Source: an uncultured Candidatus Saccharibacteria bacterium
Lineage (GTDB): Bacteria; Patescibacteriota; UBA1384; XYA2-FULL-43-10; 1-14-0-10-43-13
DNA: 64,000 nt
Direction: 5' to 3'
Assembly (NCBI GenBank): GCA_964543385.1
Contig: CAZIYE010000002.1
Location: 34-64,033, forward strand
In this document: positions 54,337 to 64,000 of the stretch, piece after piece
Position numbering within the stretch: position 1 is the first letter of the stretch
How the letters are laid out: each line of letters begins with the position of its first letter
Notes under the pieces: model-generated
The model's database searches: none
What the model was told of the DNA's origin: nothing
The model's input: only the letters and a program-made list of their open reading frames with translations
Position numbers and translations under genes: made by a program

Positions 54337-56322
54337 TTATAGTAGATTAGTTGGCTCAACATCCCATATTAAATTGGGAAATTTTTTCCATAAATCTACA
54401 ATCTCCTTATCAATCTTATCACATTTTATCATTAAATGATACCTGAATTTGTTATGAAGCTTTTGGTAAAAGCAAGCGCCTGGACCAATAATTATGAAGT
54501 TATCTTGTCTCAAAATTGCTTCTAATTTTACAATTTCAGCAAGAGCTTTATTTTTATCAGCATGTTCCGAAACTATTCTAACAATTTTGCAAAAAGGTGG
54601 GTAGTTAAAATTTTCTCTTTGGACAATCTCATTCTCGTAGAATTGATTGAGATCATGGTTTAGAGCTGATTGAATCGGTAGAGCATCCGGCCAATAGGTC
54701 TGTAGAATGGTTGATCCGCGGTTTTCTTTTCGGCCGCTACGTCCTGAAACCTGAGTCAGAATTTGAAAAGTTTTTTCATTTGCTTTGTAATGTGGCATAT
54801 TTAATCCAGTATCTGCTGATATAATTCCAACTAGATCTACATTCGGAATATCAAGACCCTTTGCAATCATCTGTGTACCTATTACTATATCTACTTCATT
54901 GTTTTTAAACTTATTATAGAAATTTTCGTAATCATTTTTGGAATTAATAGTTGTAGAGTCAACCTTGAAGATTCTGGCTTTAGGGAATAGCTTTTCAATT
55001 TCCGATACAATCTTATCAATACCAGCACCAAAAAATTTAATTCTATAACTTTGACATTCTGGGCACGATAATGGGACTGTTTCTTCGTGACCGCAATGAT
55101 GGCATGCTAAGTGCTGGTGTCTCAAATTAAAATAATAGACAAGAGGTATCGAACAATTTGGACAGAGACTGATAAATCCACAATCACGGCATGAAACAAA
55201 AGTGGCTGTGCCCCTTCTGTTTAGAAACAATAAGATTTGTTTCTTTTCCGCGAGAGTTTTGCTAATACCTTCTTGTAAGGCTTCAGAAATAGGGGAGAAA
55301 TTACCGAGTTTTACTTCATTTCGTAGGTCTACCATTTTTGAAGAGGGCAGAGAATTTGTATTATGACGATTTTTTATCTTCAGCAACTTATAAGTGCCTG
55401 TTTTCGCTTTATATAAGCTTTCAATTCTTGGCGTGGCGCTACCCAAAACGAGCAAAGCCCCGGTTTTTATGGCAATTTGTTCAGCCAATGCAACTGCATG
55501 ATATCGTGGGTTTTGTTCCTGTTTAAAAGAGTCTTCTTGTTCCTCGTCAACTATTATTAAACCAATCTTTTCGCTTGGTACAAGTAGTGCTGAGCGAGGA
55601 CCAATGATAATTGGTTTTTTCCCATTGTAAAAATCATAATAACAATTATACTTTTCGGATTTAGACAGACCGGAATGCATCAGAGCCACTTTATCTCCAA
55701 AAACCTGTTCAAAACGCTGGACGGTCTGGGGAGTAAGCATAATCTCCGGGACAAGGATAATTACCTGTTTGCCAAAATCGATTATTTCTCTTGATGCTTT
55801 TATATAAAGTTCCGTCTTGCCGCTACTTGTGACCCCATGAAGCAAAATAGGCTTGATTTCTTTGTCTTTAACAAATTCAGAGTTCAGGGATTTTTTTATC
55901 TCATTGAAAACAATTTTTTGTTCATCATTTAAAACGATATCATTTTCTGGTTTTTTATCTGCCATTCTCTGCTTGTTGTCCGTTCTCGGACGTTTCATCT
56001 GTGGTGGCAGAAAGATGGATATTGCTTCCCCTAAGTTGCAGAGATAATAATTGGAAACCCATTCGGCAATTTCCATATAAATTGTCGGTAGCAGAAAATT
56101 TATATCAACAGATTTTATTGTCTTAATCTCGTACTTTACCGTGCCATCAGCTGCTTGTTTGCTACAGATCGATTTAACAACTCCTCTGGTTATCTTTTTG
56201 CCAAATGGTATTTGCACTACCGAGCCAATTCTAATCAAATCCGCCAAATGTTCGGGGACTAAATAAGAAAAAGTTTGATTCTCAAAAAATGTTTTTATTT
56301 CTGGCACTACTTCTATAATCAT
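54337..56322 (-). CDS. priA: primosomal protein N' (replication restart helicase PriA)
   Basis: Walker A GVTSSGKTE, DEEQ box, zinc-binding Cys cluster CRDCGF ... CPNC ... CHHCGH ... CPEC. Confidence 0.9.
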   Translation of the reverse strand: MIIEVVPEIKTFFENQTFSYLVPEHLADLIRIGSVVQIPFGKKITRGVVKSICSKQAADGTVKYEIKTIKSVDINFLLPTIYMEIAEWVSNYYLCNLGEAISIFLPPQMKRPRTDNKQRMADKKPENDIVLNDEQKIVFNEIKKSLNSEFVKDKEIKPILLHGVTSSGKTELYIKASREIIDFGKQVIILVPEIMLTPQTVQRFEQVFGDKVALMHSGLSKSEKYNCYYDFYNGKKPIIIGPRSALLVPSEKIGLIIVDEEQEDSFKQEQNPRYHAVALAEQIAIKTGALLVLGSATPRIESLYKAKTGTYKLLKIKNRHNTNSLPSSKMVDLRNEVKLGNFSPISEALQEGISKTLAEKKQILLFLNRRGTATFVSCRDCGFISLCPNCSIPLVYYFNLRHQHLACHHCGHEETVPLSCPECQSYRIKFFGAGIDKIVSEIEKLFPKARIFKVDSTTINSKNDYENFYNKFKNNEVDIVIGTQMIAKGLDIPNVDLVGIISADTGLNMPHYKANEKTFQILTQVSGRSGRKENRGSTILQTYWPDALPIQSALNHDLNQFYENEIVQRENFNYPPFCKIVRIVSEHADKNKALAEIVKLEAILRQDNFIIIGPGACFYQKLHNKFRYHLMIKCDKIDKEIVDLWKKFPNLIWDVEPTNLL

Positions 56323-56436
56323 AAGGGTAATATATCACAAGCGTTCCTATTATCAGAAATCTTCATTATATTAAAAACATTTACTCATGCTACTTCCATT
56401 GATAGAAATGATATTTTATGTTATTGTAAGCAAACT

Positions 56437-57765
56437 ATGAGCGAAACAAAACTAAAAACTGTAGCAATGATCGGGCGTCCAAATGTTGGAAAGTCCACTC
56501 TTTTTAATCGTCTGGTCGGAAGAAGAATTGCAATTGAAACATCGGTTCCTGGAACAACAAGAGATCGTCTTTTTGGCGAAGTATCTTGGGGTAAATCAAA
56601 ATTTAATTTGATTGATGTCGCCGGTATGGAATTTGGTACTAAAAAAGAGATAGATTCAAATATCCAAGAAGGTATCCAATATGCGATTAATAATACAGAC
56701 CTTCTGTTATTTTTAGTTGATTGGAATGAAAAAGATAACGAAGCAGACAAAAGAATCGCCAGGCTTTTGAGAAATTTGGATAAAGAAGTGATTTTAGTAG
56801 TAAACAAAGTTGATAATCTTCAAAGACAGGGCAGCATAGATGAGTTCAAGCGTCTAGGGAATTTCAAAATTTTTCCAGTATCTGCAATCTCAGGAAAAAG
56901 TTCTGGTGACTTGCTTGATGAAATAATCAAAAGGTTACGCAAGGTTAAAGTAGTAAAACAAGAGAGTAAAGCCAAGGGTCCTAAGGTAAGCCTAGCTATT
57001 ATAGGGCGCCCAAATGTTGGTAAATCTACACTTTTAAATACAATAATTGGCGAGAAAAGAGCCATCGTTTCTTCTGAGGCTGGTACAACTAGAGACATAG
57101 TTAATATTGATTTTATGCATTCTGGCAAGGATATAAGGATTGCTGACACAGCTGGACTTAGAAGACCGGGCAAAATTTCCAAGGACACCATCGAATCTTT
57201 CAGCGTGATCAGAACTATGAGTGCCCTTAAGGAGAGCGACATAGCAATTCTTGTAATCGATGCTAGTGAAGGTCTGGTGGCCTTAGATATAAATATATTG
57301 GGCAAAGCCAAGGAGTGGGGAAAGGGTATAATCCTGGCTGTTAACAAAATTGATCTGGTTGATAAAGATCAGAAAGAGTATATGGCTAGGATGATTTGGG
57401 AATTCCAGACAAAACTTAATTTTGCTCCATGGCTGCCAATCGTCTTTATCTCAGCGCAAAACGATGAGAATATCAAGCCTTTACTAAATCAGGCCATGAA
57501 AGTATATGAGAGCAGAAGTACTACTATATCGCAGGAAGATTTGACTGAAATACTTGAGGATGCTAAAAAAAGCAACCCTCAGCTGCTTGATATCGTTGCT
57601 TTTGTGCAGAAAAAAGCTAACCCGCCTATCTTTGAGGCTATATACAAAGGCAGGACCATTCCTCACTATACACAGATTCGATATTTGGAAAACAAGCTCA
57701 GAGATGTTTGTCCTCTCAGCGGTTCCCCTATATTTATAGATCTAATGTCTAAATCCAAGAAGTAA
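56437..57765 (+). CDS. der: ribosome-associated GTPase Der/EngA (tandem GTPase domains + KH-like domain)
   Basis: Two G1 motifs GRPNVGKST (res ~8 and ~185), DTAG G3 motifs, NKxD; start reassigned to ATG 56437. Confidence 0.9.
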   Translation: MSETKLKTVAMIGRPNVGKSTLFNRLVGRRIAIETSVPGTTRDRLFGEVSWGKSKFNLIDVAGMEFGTKKEIDSNIQEGIQYAINNTDLLLFLVDWNEKDNEADKRIARLLRNLDKEVILVVNKVDNLQRQGSIDEFKRLGNFKIFPVSAISGKSSGDLLDEIIKRLRKVKVVKQESKAKGPKVSLAIIGRPNVGKSTLLNTIIGEKRAIVSSEAGTTRDIVNIDFMHSGKDIRIADTAGLRRPGKISKDTIESFSVIRTMSALKESDIAILVIDASEGLVALDINILGKAKEWGKGIILAVNKIDLVDKDQKEYMARMIWEFQTKLNFAPWLPIVFISAQNDENIKPLLNQAMKVYESRSTTISQEDLTEILEDAKKSNPQLLDIVAFVQKKANPPIFEAIYKGRTIPHYTQIRYLENKLRDVCPLSGSPIFIDLMSKSKK

Positions 57766-58476
57766 TTCATCTAACTGGTTTTGGGAATATTGTACCCCGC
57801 TATGTATTTTGAAGTACACTCCAGGTTTTTTATTTTGGTTTCCTAGCTGTGCGATTGAGACCCATGATCTGCCGGCGATATTAGCTCTTGGCAAAGCGCC
57901 CCACTCACGTGAGTCTGATGAGCCCTCTCTGTTGTCACCCATTACAAAATACTCATTTTCATTAAGTTTTTTAGTCAAAGTCTGTCCAGAGCCGATCTCT
58001 GTTTTGGTTGTCTTTGGCAAATAATCCTCTTTCAAAGTTAATCCATTTGGATTATCTATATTTATAATCGTGACAGTATTATTTTTTATAGATACTGTTT
58101 CCCCAGGCAAGCCGATTATTCTCTTAATATAATTCAGACTAGGATTCTTTGGGTATCGAAATACAACAACATCACCACGTTTTGGTTGTCCAAACATGTA
58201 CGAAGTTTTTTCTGCTAGAAGATATTCATTATTTTCATAATTTGGCATCATTGATTGGCCATCTACAATATATGGTTGAATAACAAAATATCTAAGTATG
58301 AATGCAATAATAAATACAACAAGGCCGGTTTTCAGCAGATCTAAAACGAAATCAAAAAAGTCTTGTGCTGAACCACTTTTAACCTGTAAATTGTTTAGTT
58401 GTTCAGAGTTATTTTCTAATAATTCTTTTAGTTCCTGATTACCCTGAGTCAAATTATCATGGTTATTTTCTTGCAT
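57742..58476 (-). CDS. lepB: signal peptidase I
   Basis: N-terminal TM, catalytic S in SMMP box (GQSMMPNYE), K box (YIKRIIGLPGETV), GDNREGSSDSR. Confidence 0.85.
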   Translation of the reverse strand: MQENNHDNLTQGNQELKELLENNSEQLNNLQVKSGSAQDFFDFVLDLLKTGLVVFIIAFILRYFVIQPYIVDGQSMMPNYENNEYLLAEKTSYMFGQPKRGDVVVFRYPKNPSLNYIKRIIGLPGETVSIKNNTVTIINIDNPNGLTLKEDYLPKTTKTEIGSGQTLTKKLNENEYFVMGDNREGSSDSREWGALPRANIAGRSWVSIAQLGNQNKKPGVYFKIHSGVQYSQNQLDELLLGFRH

Positions 58477-58581
58477 GTTTACCTTGTTACATTTTATAAA
58501 GATAGTTTATTCTACCAATACTTGACAGGCAGGGTCAAATGCAAGGTATAATTTAACTACAATTTAAAGATTAGGATTATT

Positions 58582-59319
58582 ATGTATCCAGAATTATTTA
58601 AGATCGGTAGTTTGACGTTCTATACTCATGGTGTCTTAGCGGTATTTGGGATATTTCTTGGTAGTTTAGCGATTTACTTGCTTGCAAGAAAAGAGAAAAT
58701 CAAGAATGGCTTCTTATTCGATAATGTAGTCTACTCGGTGTTGGTAGGAATAATCTTCGCCAGAATAACTTATTTTTTTGTTTATTCTGATCAGTTTTCT
58801 AGTATTAAGGAGATATTTTATATTTGGCAGGGTGGGATGGTCTCATATGGAGGTTTTATCCCGGGGTTTATAACATTTATTCTTTTATTGAAGGCACAAA
58901 AGGCACAATTATCTAGATGGCTAGCAATTTCAGCTATTGCCTTCCCTATAGGACTTTTTTGGGGAAGGATCGGAAATATTTTTGCTGGTGAATATTCTGG
59001 AGTTTTAACAACAAGCAAATTCAATCTCGGCGGAGTGATTCCTGTGCCATTATATGAAGCGACTCTTCTTGTGCTGATAATAGCATGTTTGTTATTGATG
59101 TATAAAAAATGGCATAAACTTTTTGAACAGTATTCATTCTTCATCTTCATTTTATCCTATACATTAGGCAGATTCATAATAGATTTTTGGAGGGATGAGA
59201 GTAAAATCTTATTTAATATCTCATTGGGTCAAATGGTGAGCTTGCTGATATTTATTATCACAGCCATATTCTTGGTCTATGGATATGTTAAAGAAAGGCG
59301 CAAAAATGCAACTATCTAA
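58582..59319 (+). CDS. lgt: prolipoprotein diacylglyceryl transferase
   Basis: Lgt signature around YIWQGGMVSYGGFIPG, 7 TM helices. Confidence 0.85.
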   Translation: MYPELFKIGSLTFYTHGVLAVFGIFLGSLAIYLLARKEKIKNGFLFDNVVYSVLVGIIFARITYFFVYSDQFSSIKEIFYIWQGGMVSYGGFIPGFITFILLLKAQKAQLSRWLAISAIAFPIGLFWGRIGNIFAGEYSGVLTTSKFNLGGVIPVPLYEATLLVLIIACLLLMYKKWHKLFEQYSFFIFILSYTLGRFIIDFWRDESKILFNISLGQMVSLLIFIITAIFLVYGYVKERRKNATI

Positions 59320-59635
59320 AGATTTTATAGATAAACAGAGGACAGCTTTGCTACAAGAGAAAAGTCGTCTTGAGGGTGAAATTAAAAAACTAGATAAATA
59401 TCCTGATTACGGTGATAAGGATGATGATAATGATATGGAATTGCGCGATTATGAGAATAATCGATCAATAGAAGATCAGCTTACCATTCTTCTCGAGAAG
59501 GTTAAGTCGGCTTTAGAATCAATAGACAATGGTAATTATGGCAAGTGTAAAAAATGCGGAGAAATGATAAAGGACGATAGGTTGGATATAATGCCATACG
59601 CAGAAGTCTGTGTCGCTTGCTTGCCTAAAAAATGA
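59279..59635 (+). CDS. DksA/TraR-family C4 zinc-finger protein
   Basis: Coiled-coil N-terminus and C-terminal CKKCGE ... CVAC four-Cys finger; overlaps the lgt 3' end. Confidence 0.65.
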   Translation: MDMLKKGAKMQLSKDFIDKQRTALLQEKSRLEGEIKKLDKYPDYGDKDDDNDMELRDYENNRSIEDQLTILLEKVKSALESIDNGNYGKCKKCGEMIKDDRLDIMPYAEVCVACLPKK

Positions 59636-60045
59636 TTAATAATAAAAATAATCCTAAATTACTCCTCTCTGCTCTATTTTTGGTTTTTTTATTACAGACC
59701 GTTTCATTTTTTGCCATTAAGTTTTCCCTAGCAACGATTAATAGTAAATTTATCCTCGGCGAGGTAGCAGATAATACTATTTCAATAGTTGTCTCAATAG
59801 TACTATTATTGATATTAAGTTTTTTTCTATTGTCAGTTAAAAATTTTTTTACCATATGGTCAGTCTTGGTTATTGCGGGCTCATTATCCAACATCATCGA
59901 CCGCTTTCTTTATGGGGGAGTAGTAGATTATTTTAGTATCCCTAAAATCTTTGTATTTAATTTATCGGATTTATTGATAGTAACAGCCATATCTGGCATT
60001 ACTATCTATTCTACGATTAAAAAAAAATACCCTCCTGACCTTTAA
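59632..60045 (+). CDS. lspA: lipoprotein signal peptidase (signal peptidase II)
   Basis: GSLSNIIDRFLYGGVVDYF and FVFNLSDLLI motifs (Asp dyad regions) of LspA; 4 TM helices. Confidence 0.8.
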   Translation: MINNKNNPKLLLSALFLVFLLQTVSFFAIKFSLATINSKFILGEVADNTISIVVSIVLLLILSFFLLSVKNFFTIWSVLVIAGSLSNIIDRFLYGGVVDYFSIPKIFVFNLSDLLIVTAISGITIYSTIKKKYPPDL

Positions 60046-60380
60046 TAGGCTAGGAAGGCATTTTATTTTTCGTTGGGTTCGCTAGTTCCTTGACCTCTTA
60101 TTTTGTTAAGAGCTGGACTACCTTGGATTGAGTTTTACCCCAATACATAGAGACGATCCAAAAAAAATTTTAAAAATCAGGCCGGGAATTAGCGTGGTCT
60201 TTATTAAAACAATTCCGAAATAAAATTGTTTTAGCTATTGATGCATTTATCGACGGTAGTTTTAATATTATTTTGTTTATTATTACAAATCATTATAAAT
60301 TAATGATTTTTTTCATATTTGCTGAAGACTTATTAAAAAAATTCATTTAAGGTTAATCCAGAAATATTAGGGATTAGAAA

Positions 60381-60827
60381 ATGAGCAATGACATAAAAGA
60401 TAATAAACCAGATGAAAAAGAAGGTCTAGTTTCAGAAATAAGTAGCGAAATTTTGGGACAACCACTCAAAAATTTGGAGACTAATGAAATAGAAATATCT
60501 TCTGATGAAGACATTGTGAGTGACCTAAGCCAAGATAAAAGAGCAAGCAAAGAAGCAATCTCTGGCATTAGGTCAGCAATTAATGTTGGGAAAAAGAATA
60601 CTGATGCTGACCTGGGCGTTGTCTCTAATGACGTTGATGCTGACTGGCAGAATGAGTCAACTTCGGAAGAAGTATCTATGGGGGAGAATCCCACTCCGGA
60701 TCAGGATCAAGTTGATTCTATATCGAGTTCATGGGGTATGAATTATCATAACCAAGAGGAACTCGATATAGAGAAGAAGGTAAAAGGTCTTGAACAGAAA
60801 AGAAGAAATGACGATAACACAGAATAA
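60381..60827 (+). CDS. acidic Ser/Asp/Glu-rich hypothetical protein
   Basis: 148-aa ORF, strongly acidic, SD AGGGAT/GAAAATG; no family recognised. Confidence 0.5.
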   Translation: MSNDIKDNKPDEKEGLVSEISSEILGQPLKNLETNEIEISSDEDIVSDLSQDKRASKEAISGIRSAINVGKKNTDADLGVVSNDVDADWQNESTSEEVSMGENPTPDQDQVDSISSSWGMNYHNQEELDIEKKVKGLEQKRRNDDNTE

Positions 60828-60839
60828 GAAAGGAGTAAT

Positions 60840-63149
60840 TTGTTATTTGGAATAAAAAAATATAACCCACTTGTTTTTATTAAAGACGCAGTAATATTTC
60901 CAGATATTCTCGTAGAACTATTTTTTAGCAATAGTTATTGTATAAATGCAGTAAAGAATGCCAAGGATGGCATGTTGATTTTGGTAACTCAAAGATCGAG
61001 TACGAGTAGTTCTCTTCCTTCGCAACAAGACCTGTTCGAGGTTGGCACAATTGGCGAAATAAAAAATATAATCTATGAAGGGGACAAATTAAGAGTCCTT
61101 TTTGAGTCGAAAAGAAGAACGTTCATAGAAAAGATCATAGATAAGAGGACATACTTTGATGCATCTCATTCTCTTATTGATGATGATAAAAGTAATGACG
61201 ATCAAACAGTTGCGCTTACAAAAAACTTAATTTCAAATATTAAAGATTTCGTAAACAAGAATCGTTTTTTACCCTTAGATATTGCAATAAAAATTTTGTC
61301 CCTTGAAGATCCGAACAAAATCATAAATAATTTAATCCCTATTCTTTCAGAGACAATTGAAACTAAGCAAGATATATTAGAAACTATCGATATAAATGAT
61401 CGTTTAGCTAAAGCAAACAAGGCAGTATCTCATGCGCTTCAAATTCATGATCTAGAGGAAAAAGTTGCCCAGCAAACTCAAGAAGAATTATCTAAAACAC
61501 AAAAAGAAGTTTTCCTCAGGGAAGAGCTTAAAACAATCCAAAAAGAACTTGGAGGAGGGGCAAGCGAGTATACCGATCTTGAAAGAAAAATCGAAATATC
61601 AGGTATGCCATTAGATATAAAAAAAGTCGCCCACAGAGAGTTAAACCACTTGGAAAAAACCCCGTCATTTTCACCGGAAGTTTCCTATATCAGGAATTAT
61701 CTTGATTGGTTGGTCTCTATGCCTTGGATTAAGTATTCTGCAAGTATTATTGATATCGAAGAAGCTAAGATAATCCTTGATAACGATCATTATGCCCTTG
61801 ATCAGGTTAAACAACGGATTCTGGAATTTCTTGCCGTGCAATCCAGGGTAGGCAAGATAAAAGGTCCGATCCTCTGTTTTGTGGGCCCTCCTGGCACTGG
61901 TAAGACATCGATAGGTAAGTCAATCGCAAAAGCCCTTGGACGTAAATTTACCAGAGTGTCTCTTGGAGGTATTAGGGACGAGGCCGAAATTAGGGGGCAT
62001 AGGAGAACGTACGTTGGGTCAATGCCTGGACGTATAATACAAAGTATTCACGAGGTTGGTGAAAAAAATCCAGTATTCATGTTGGATGAAATTGATAAAC
62101 TGGGGGTCGATTTTAGAGGCGACCCTAGCTCTGCATTGCTTGAGGCATTGGATCCTGAACAAAATTTTAATTTTTCAGATCACTATCTGGAAGTGCCGTT
62201 TGATTTATCTGATGTTTTGTTCATTACAACAGCCAACGTTTTGGAGAATATTCCTGCGCCATTAAGAGATAGGATGGAGATTATTGAATTTACTGGCTAT
62301 ACACCAGAGGAAAAATTATCGATTGCTAATAAATTCATCTGGCGCAAGATTTCTAAATCTCATGGATTGGATACCAGTATTCAAATTGATGATGCGGGGA
62401 TAACAGAAATTATTAATCTTTATACTCAGGAAGCGGGAGTACGCGGACTCGAAAGAGAGCTTTCAAAAATTGCTCGTAAGATTGCTCTTTCGATTACTGA
62501 AAAAAAAGAAAAAGTAGAAATAATAAAAAAAGATGAAGTGGAAAAATATCTTGGCCAGCCTAAAAAAATGGATTGGAAAAAAGAAGTAGAGGGACAAGTT
62601 GGAATAGTGGCTGCTTTAGCAGTGACAGAGGCTGGTGGAGAGGTGCTATCAGTAGAAGTTAGCTTTATTGATGGAGGTAAAGGTAACCTAATGCTGACAG
62701 GACATTTAGGAGAAATAATGAAGGAATCAGCCCAGGCTGCACTCTCTTACGCTAGGACAAAAGTGCATTTATTTGGTGTTAACGGCAATTTCTTTTCTGA
62801 TCACGATGTCCATATTCATGTTCCAATGGGTGCAATCCCAAAAGACGGTCCATCTGCTGGTGTTGCTATTGCTTCTGCTTTGCTCTCATCGCTATCAAAT
62901 AGAAAAGTTGACCCGGAGATAGGTATGACCGGCGAGATTACATTAAGGGGCCGAGTGTTGGGAATCGGTGGACTTAAAGCTAAAGTTTTGGCAGCTCGCA
63001 GGAACGGCTTAAAAAAAATTATTTTGCCGGAGGCAAATGAAGGCGATTTAAGTGAAATAGAAGATAGATATAAACAAAATATGCATTTCTTTATAATTAA
63101 AACAATGGACGAAGCTTTGCCCATTGTATTTGAAGGAGCTGAACAATGA
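60840..63149 (+). CDS. lon: ATP-dependent Lon protease (LonA type)
   Basis: N-domain, AAA+ Walker A GPPGTGKTS, Walker B FMLDEIDK, protease dyad DGPSAGVAIASALLS ... K; TTG start with SD AGGAG. Confidence 0.9.
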   Translation: MLFGIKKYNPLVFIKDAVIFPDILVELFFSNSYCINAVKNAKDGMLILVTQRSSTSSSLPSQQDLFEVGTIGEIKNIIYEGDKLRVLFESKRRTFIEKIIDKRTYFDASHSLIDDDKSNDDQTVALTKNLISNIKDFVNKNRFLPLDIAIKILSLEDPNKIINNLIPILSETIETKQDILETIDINDRLAKANKAVSHALQIHDLEEKVAQQTQEELSKTQKEVFLREELKTIQKELGGGASEYTDLERKIEISGMPLDIKKVAHRELNHLEKTPSFSPEVSYIRNYLDWLVSMPWIKYSASIIDIEEAKIILDNDHYALDQVKQRILEFLAVQSRVGKIKGPILCFVGPPGTGKTSIGKSIAKALGRKFTRVSLGGIRDEAEIRGHRRTYVGSMPGRIIQSIHEVGEKNPVFMLDEIDKLGVDFRGDPSSALLEALDPEQNFNFSDHYLEVPFDLSDVLFITTANVLENIPAPLRDRMEIIEFTGYTPEEKLSIANKFIWRKISKSHGLDTSIQIDDAGITEIINLYTQEAGVRGLERELSKIARKIALSITEKKEKVEIIKKDEVEKYLGQPKKMDWKKEVEGQVGIVAALAVTEAGGEVLSVEVSFIDGGKGNLMLTGHLGEIMKESAQAALSYARTKVHLFGVNGNFFSDHDVHIHVPMGAIPKDGPSAGVAIASALLSSLSNRKVDPEIGMTGEITLRGRVLGIGGLKAKVLAARRNGLKKIILPEANEGDLSEIEDRYKQNMHFFIIKTMDEALPIVFEGAEQ

Positions 63150-64000
63150 GTAGTTTTAAAATAATATGTGTATCGCCTTATCCTCCCCGTCAGTGTGGTA
63201 TTGCTAACTATACAAAAGATTTAGTTAGCTCGATAAGAATAACAAATCCAGAAGCAAGAGTAGGGGTGTATGCAATCCATGATCAGGATGGAACAGTAAG
63301 TTATCCAAAGGATGTTCGTGATCGTATTCCTTTTGAAAATATTACATCTTATATAAAAGCAGCAGAAGATATAAACAGCAGTGATTATAACACTGTAATA
63401 ATCGAGCATGAGTTTGGCTTGTATGGGGGAATAGACGGTTCTCATATATTAAACTTTGTAGATAAACTTGAAAAACCATATATCATAACTTTTCATACAA
63501 TTCTATCAGATCCAGATAAGCGTAAAATTGAGATAGTGAATCAATTAGCAAAAAAAGCATTTGCAGTAGTGGTAATGGCAGATGAAGCAATTAAAAGATT
63601 AAGTGAGATCTATGGCGTAAATAAGGAAAAGATCTACAAGATACCTCACGGTGTTCCTGATATCGCCTTGGGCAGTGAAGACAAGATTAAGATGAAACTT
63701 GGTTTGAGTGGACGAAAAGTTATATCTACATTTGGTCTGATCAGCCAAAATAAGGGCATAGAGTATGTGATAGGAGCAATGCCAAAAATTATAGAAAAGA
63801 ATCCAGAGGCCCTTTTTCTTATTATTGGCAAAACCCATCCCATTATTAGGCGTTATCAGGGTGAAAACTATAGAGATCAGCTAAAGGCACTGACTAAGAA
63901 ATATGGAATAGAAAAAAATGTAAAATTTATCAATCGGTATTTGGAGTTTAATGAGTTGATCGAATATCTTGTGGCTACTGACATCTATATAACACCGTAT
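63146..64000 (+). CDS. GT4-family glycosyltransferase (5' partial; runs off the window end)
   Basis: MSSFKIICVSPYPPRQCGIANYTKDL GT4 N-domain; ATG overlaps the lon stop by 4 nt; no stop before position 64000. Confidence 0.7.
   Translation, partial: MSSFKIICVSPYPPRQCGIANYTKDLVSSIRITNPEARVGVYAIHDQDGTVSYPKDVRDRIPFENITSYIKAAEDINSSDYNTVIIEHEFGLYGGIDGSHILNFVDKLEKPYIITFHTILSDPDKRKIEIVNQLAKKAFAVVVMADEAIKRLSEIYGVNKEKIYKIPHGVPDIALGSEDKIKMKLGLSGRKVISTFGLISQNKGIEYVIGAMPKIIEKNPEALFLIIGKTHPIIRRYQGENYRDQLKALTKKYGIEKNVKFINRYLEFNELIEYLVATDIYITPY

Noticed and set aside
56421-57347. Minus-strand ORFs 56421-56807 and 56820-57347
   Set aside because: Antisense to der/engA, which has two clear GTPase domains.

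Overview
Low-GC, gene-dense stretch of a bacterial chromosome (GC judged by eye; coding about 90%). The fused and compact genes (def-fmt in one ORF, short thrS, no rimM between rpsP and trmD) point to a small-genome lineage, possibly Patescibacteria/CPR-like, but lineage cannot be fixed from sequence alone. Most of the window is housekeeping: rny-ymdB-hup, smpB, rsmH, queH, a queuosine-precursor transporter, glyA, thrS, uvrB, trmD-khpA-rpsP, a fused def-fmt, galE, priA, der, lepB, lgt, lspA, lon, plus nine tRNAs (Pro, Gly, His, Arg x3, Lys, Glu, Val) and a tmRNA on the minus strand. Three things stand out. (1) The main lead is a contiguous nine-gene deoxynucleotide module at 35.5-41.8 kb. It contains a canonical dUTPase, dTMP kinase, SHMT, a MazG-like NTP pyrophosphatase, a T4-gp1-like 'GKD' P-loop dNMP kinase, a ThyA-family enzyme, DHFR, a Dcd/dUTPase-superfamily protein that seems to lack the deaminase glutamate, and a dCMP-deaminase::nucleoside-2-deoxyribosyltransferase fusion. 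The ThyA-family enzyme carries Asp instead of the uracil-specifying Asn (E. coli N177), the hallmark of the dCMP hydroxymethylase/methylase branch. The gene set mirrors the T-even phage cytosine-hypermodification module (gp56, gp42, gp1, cd, frd) but sits in a cellular chromosome. (2) An ~8.5 kb integrated element lies downstream of tRNA-Arg(TCG). It has a large serine recombinase whose reading frame runs through a 20-bp duplicate of the tRNA 3' end, a small protein behind a 40-bp perfect palindrome, a replication-relaxation-like wHTH protein with upstream iterons, an IS481-family insertion, a 1,210-aa secreted beta-helix/CE4-deacetylase/Ig-repeat surface protein, and an XRE regulator beside a degenerate tRNA-3'-end-like att remnant. 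A decayed paralog of that terminus (XRE pseudogene with an in-frame TAA, same conserved arm, tRNA-Glu-like 3' end) sits at 19.6-19.9 kb. (3) Smaller oddities: an XRE-HTH::Hsp20 single-ORF fusion, a roughly 380-bp GC-rich islet carrying an 81-aa basic ORF between uvrB and trmD, a DUF5320/SDR/DUF134-zinc-ribbon trio, and a structured leader upstream of thrS.
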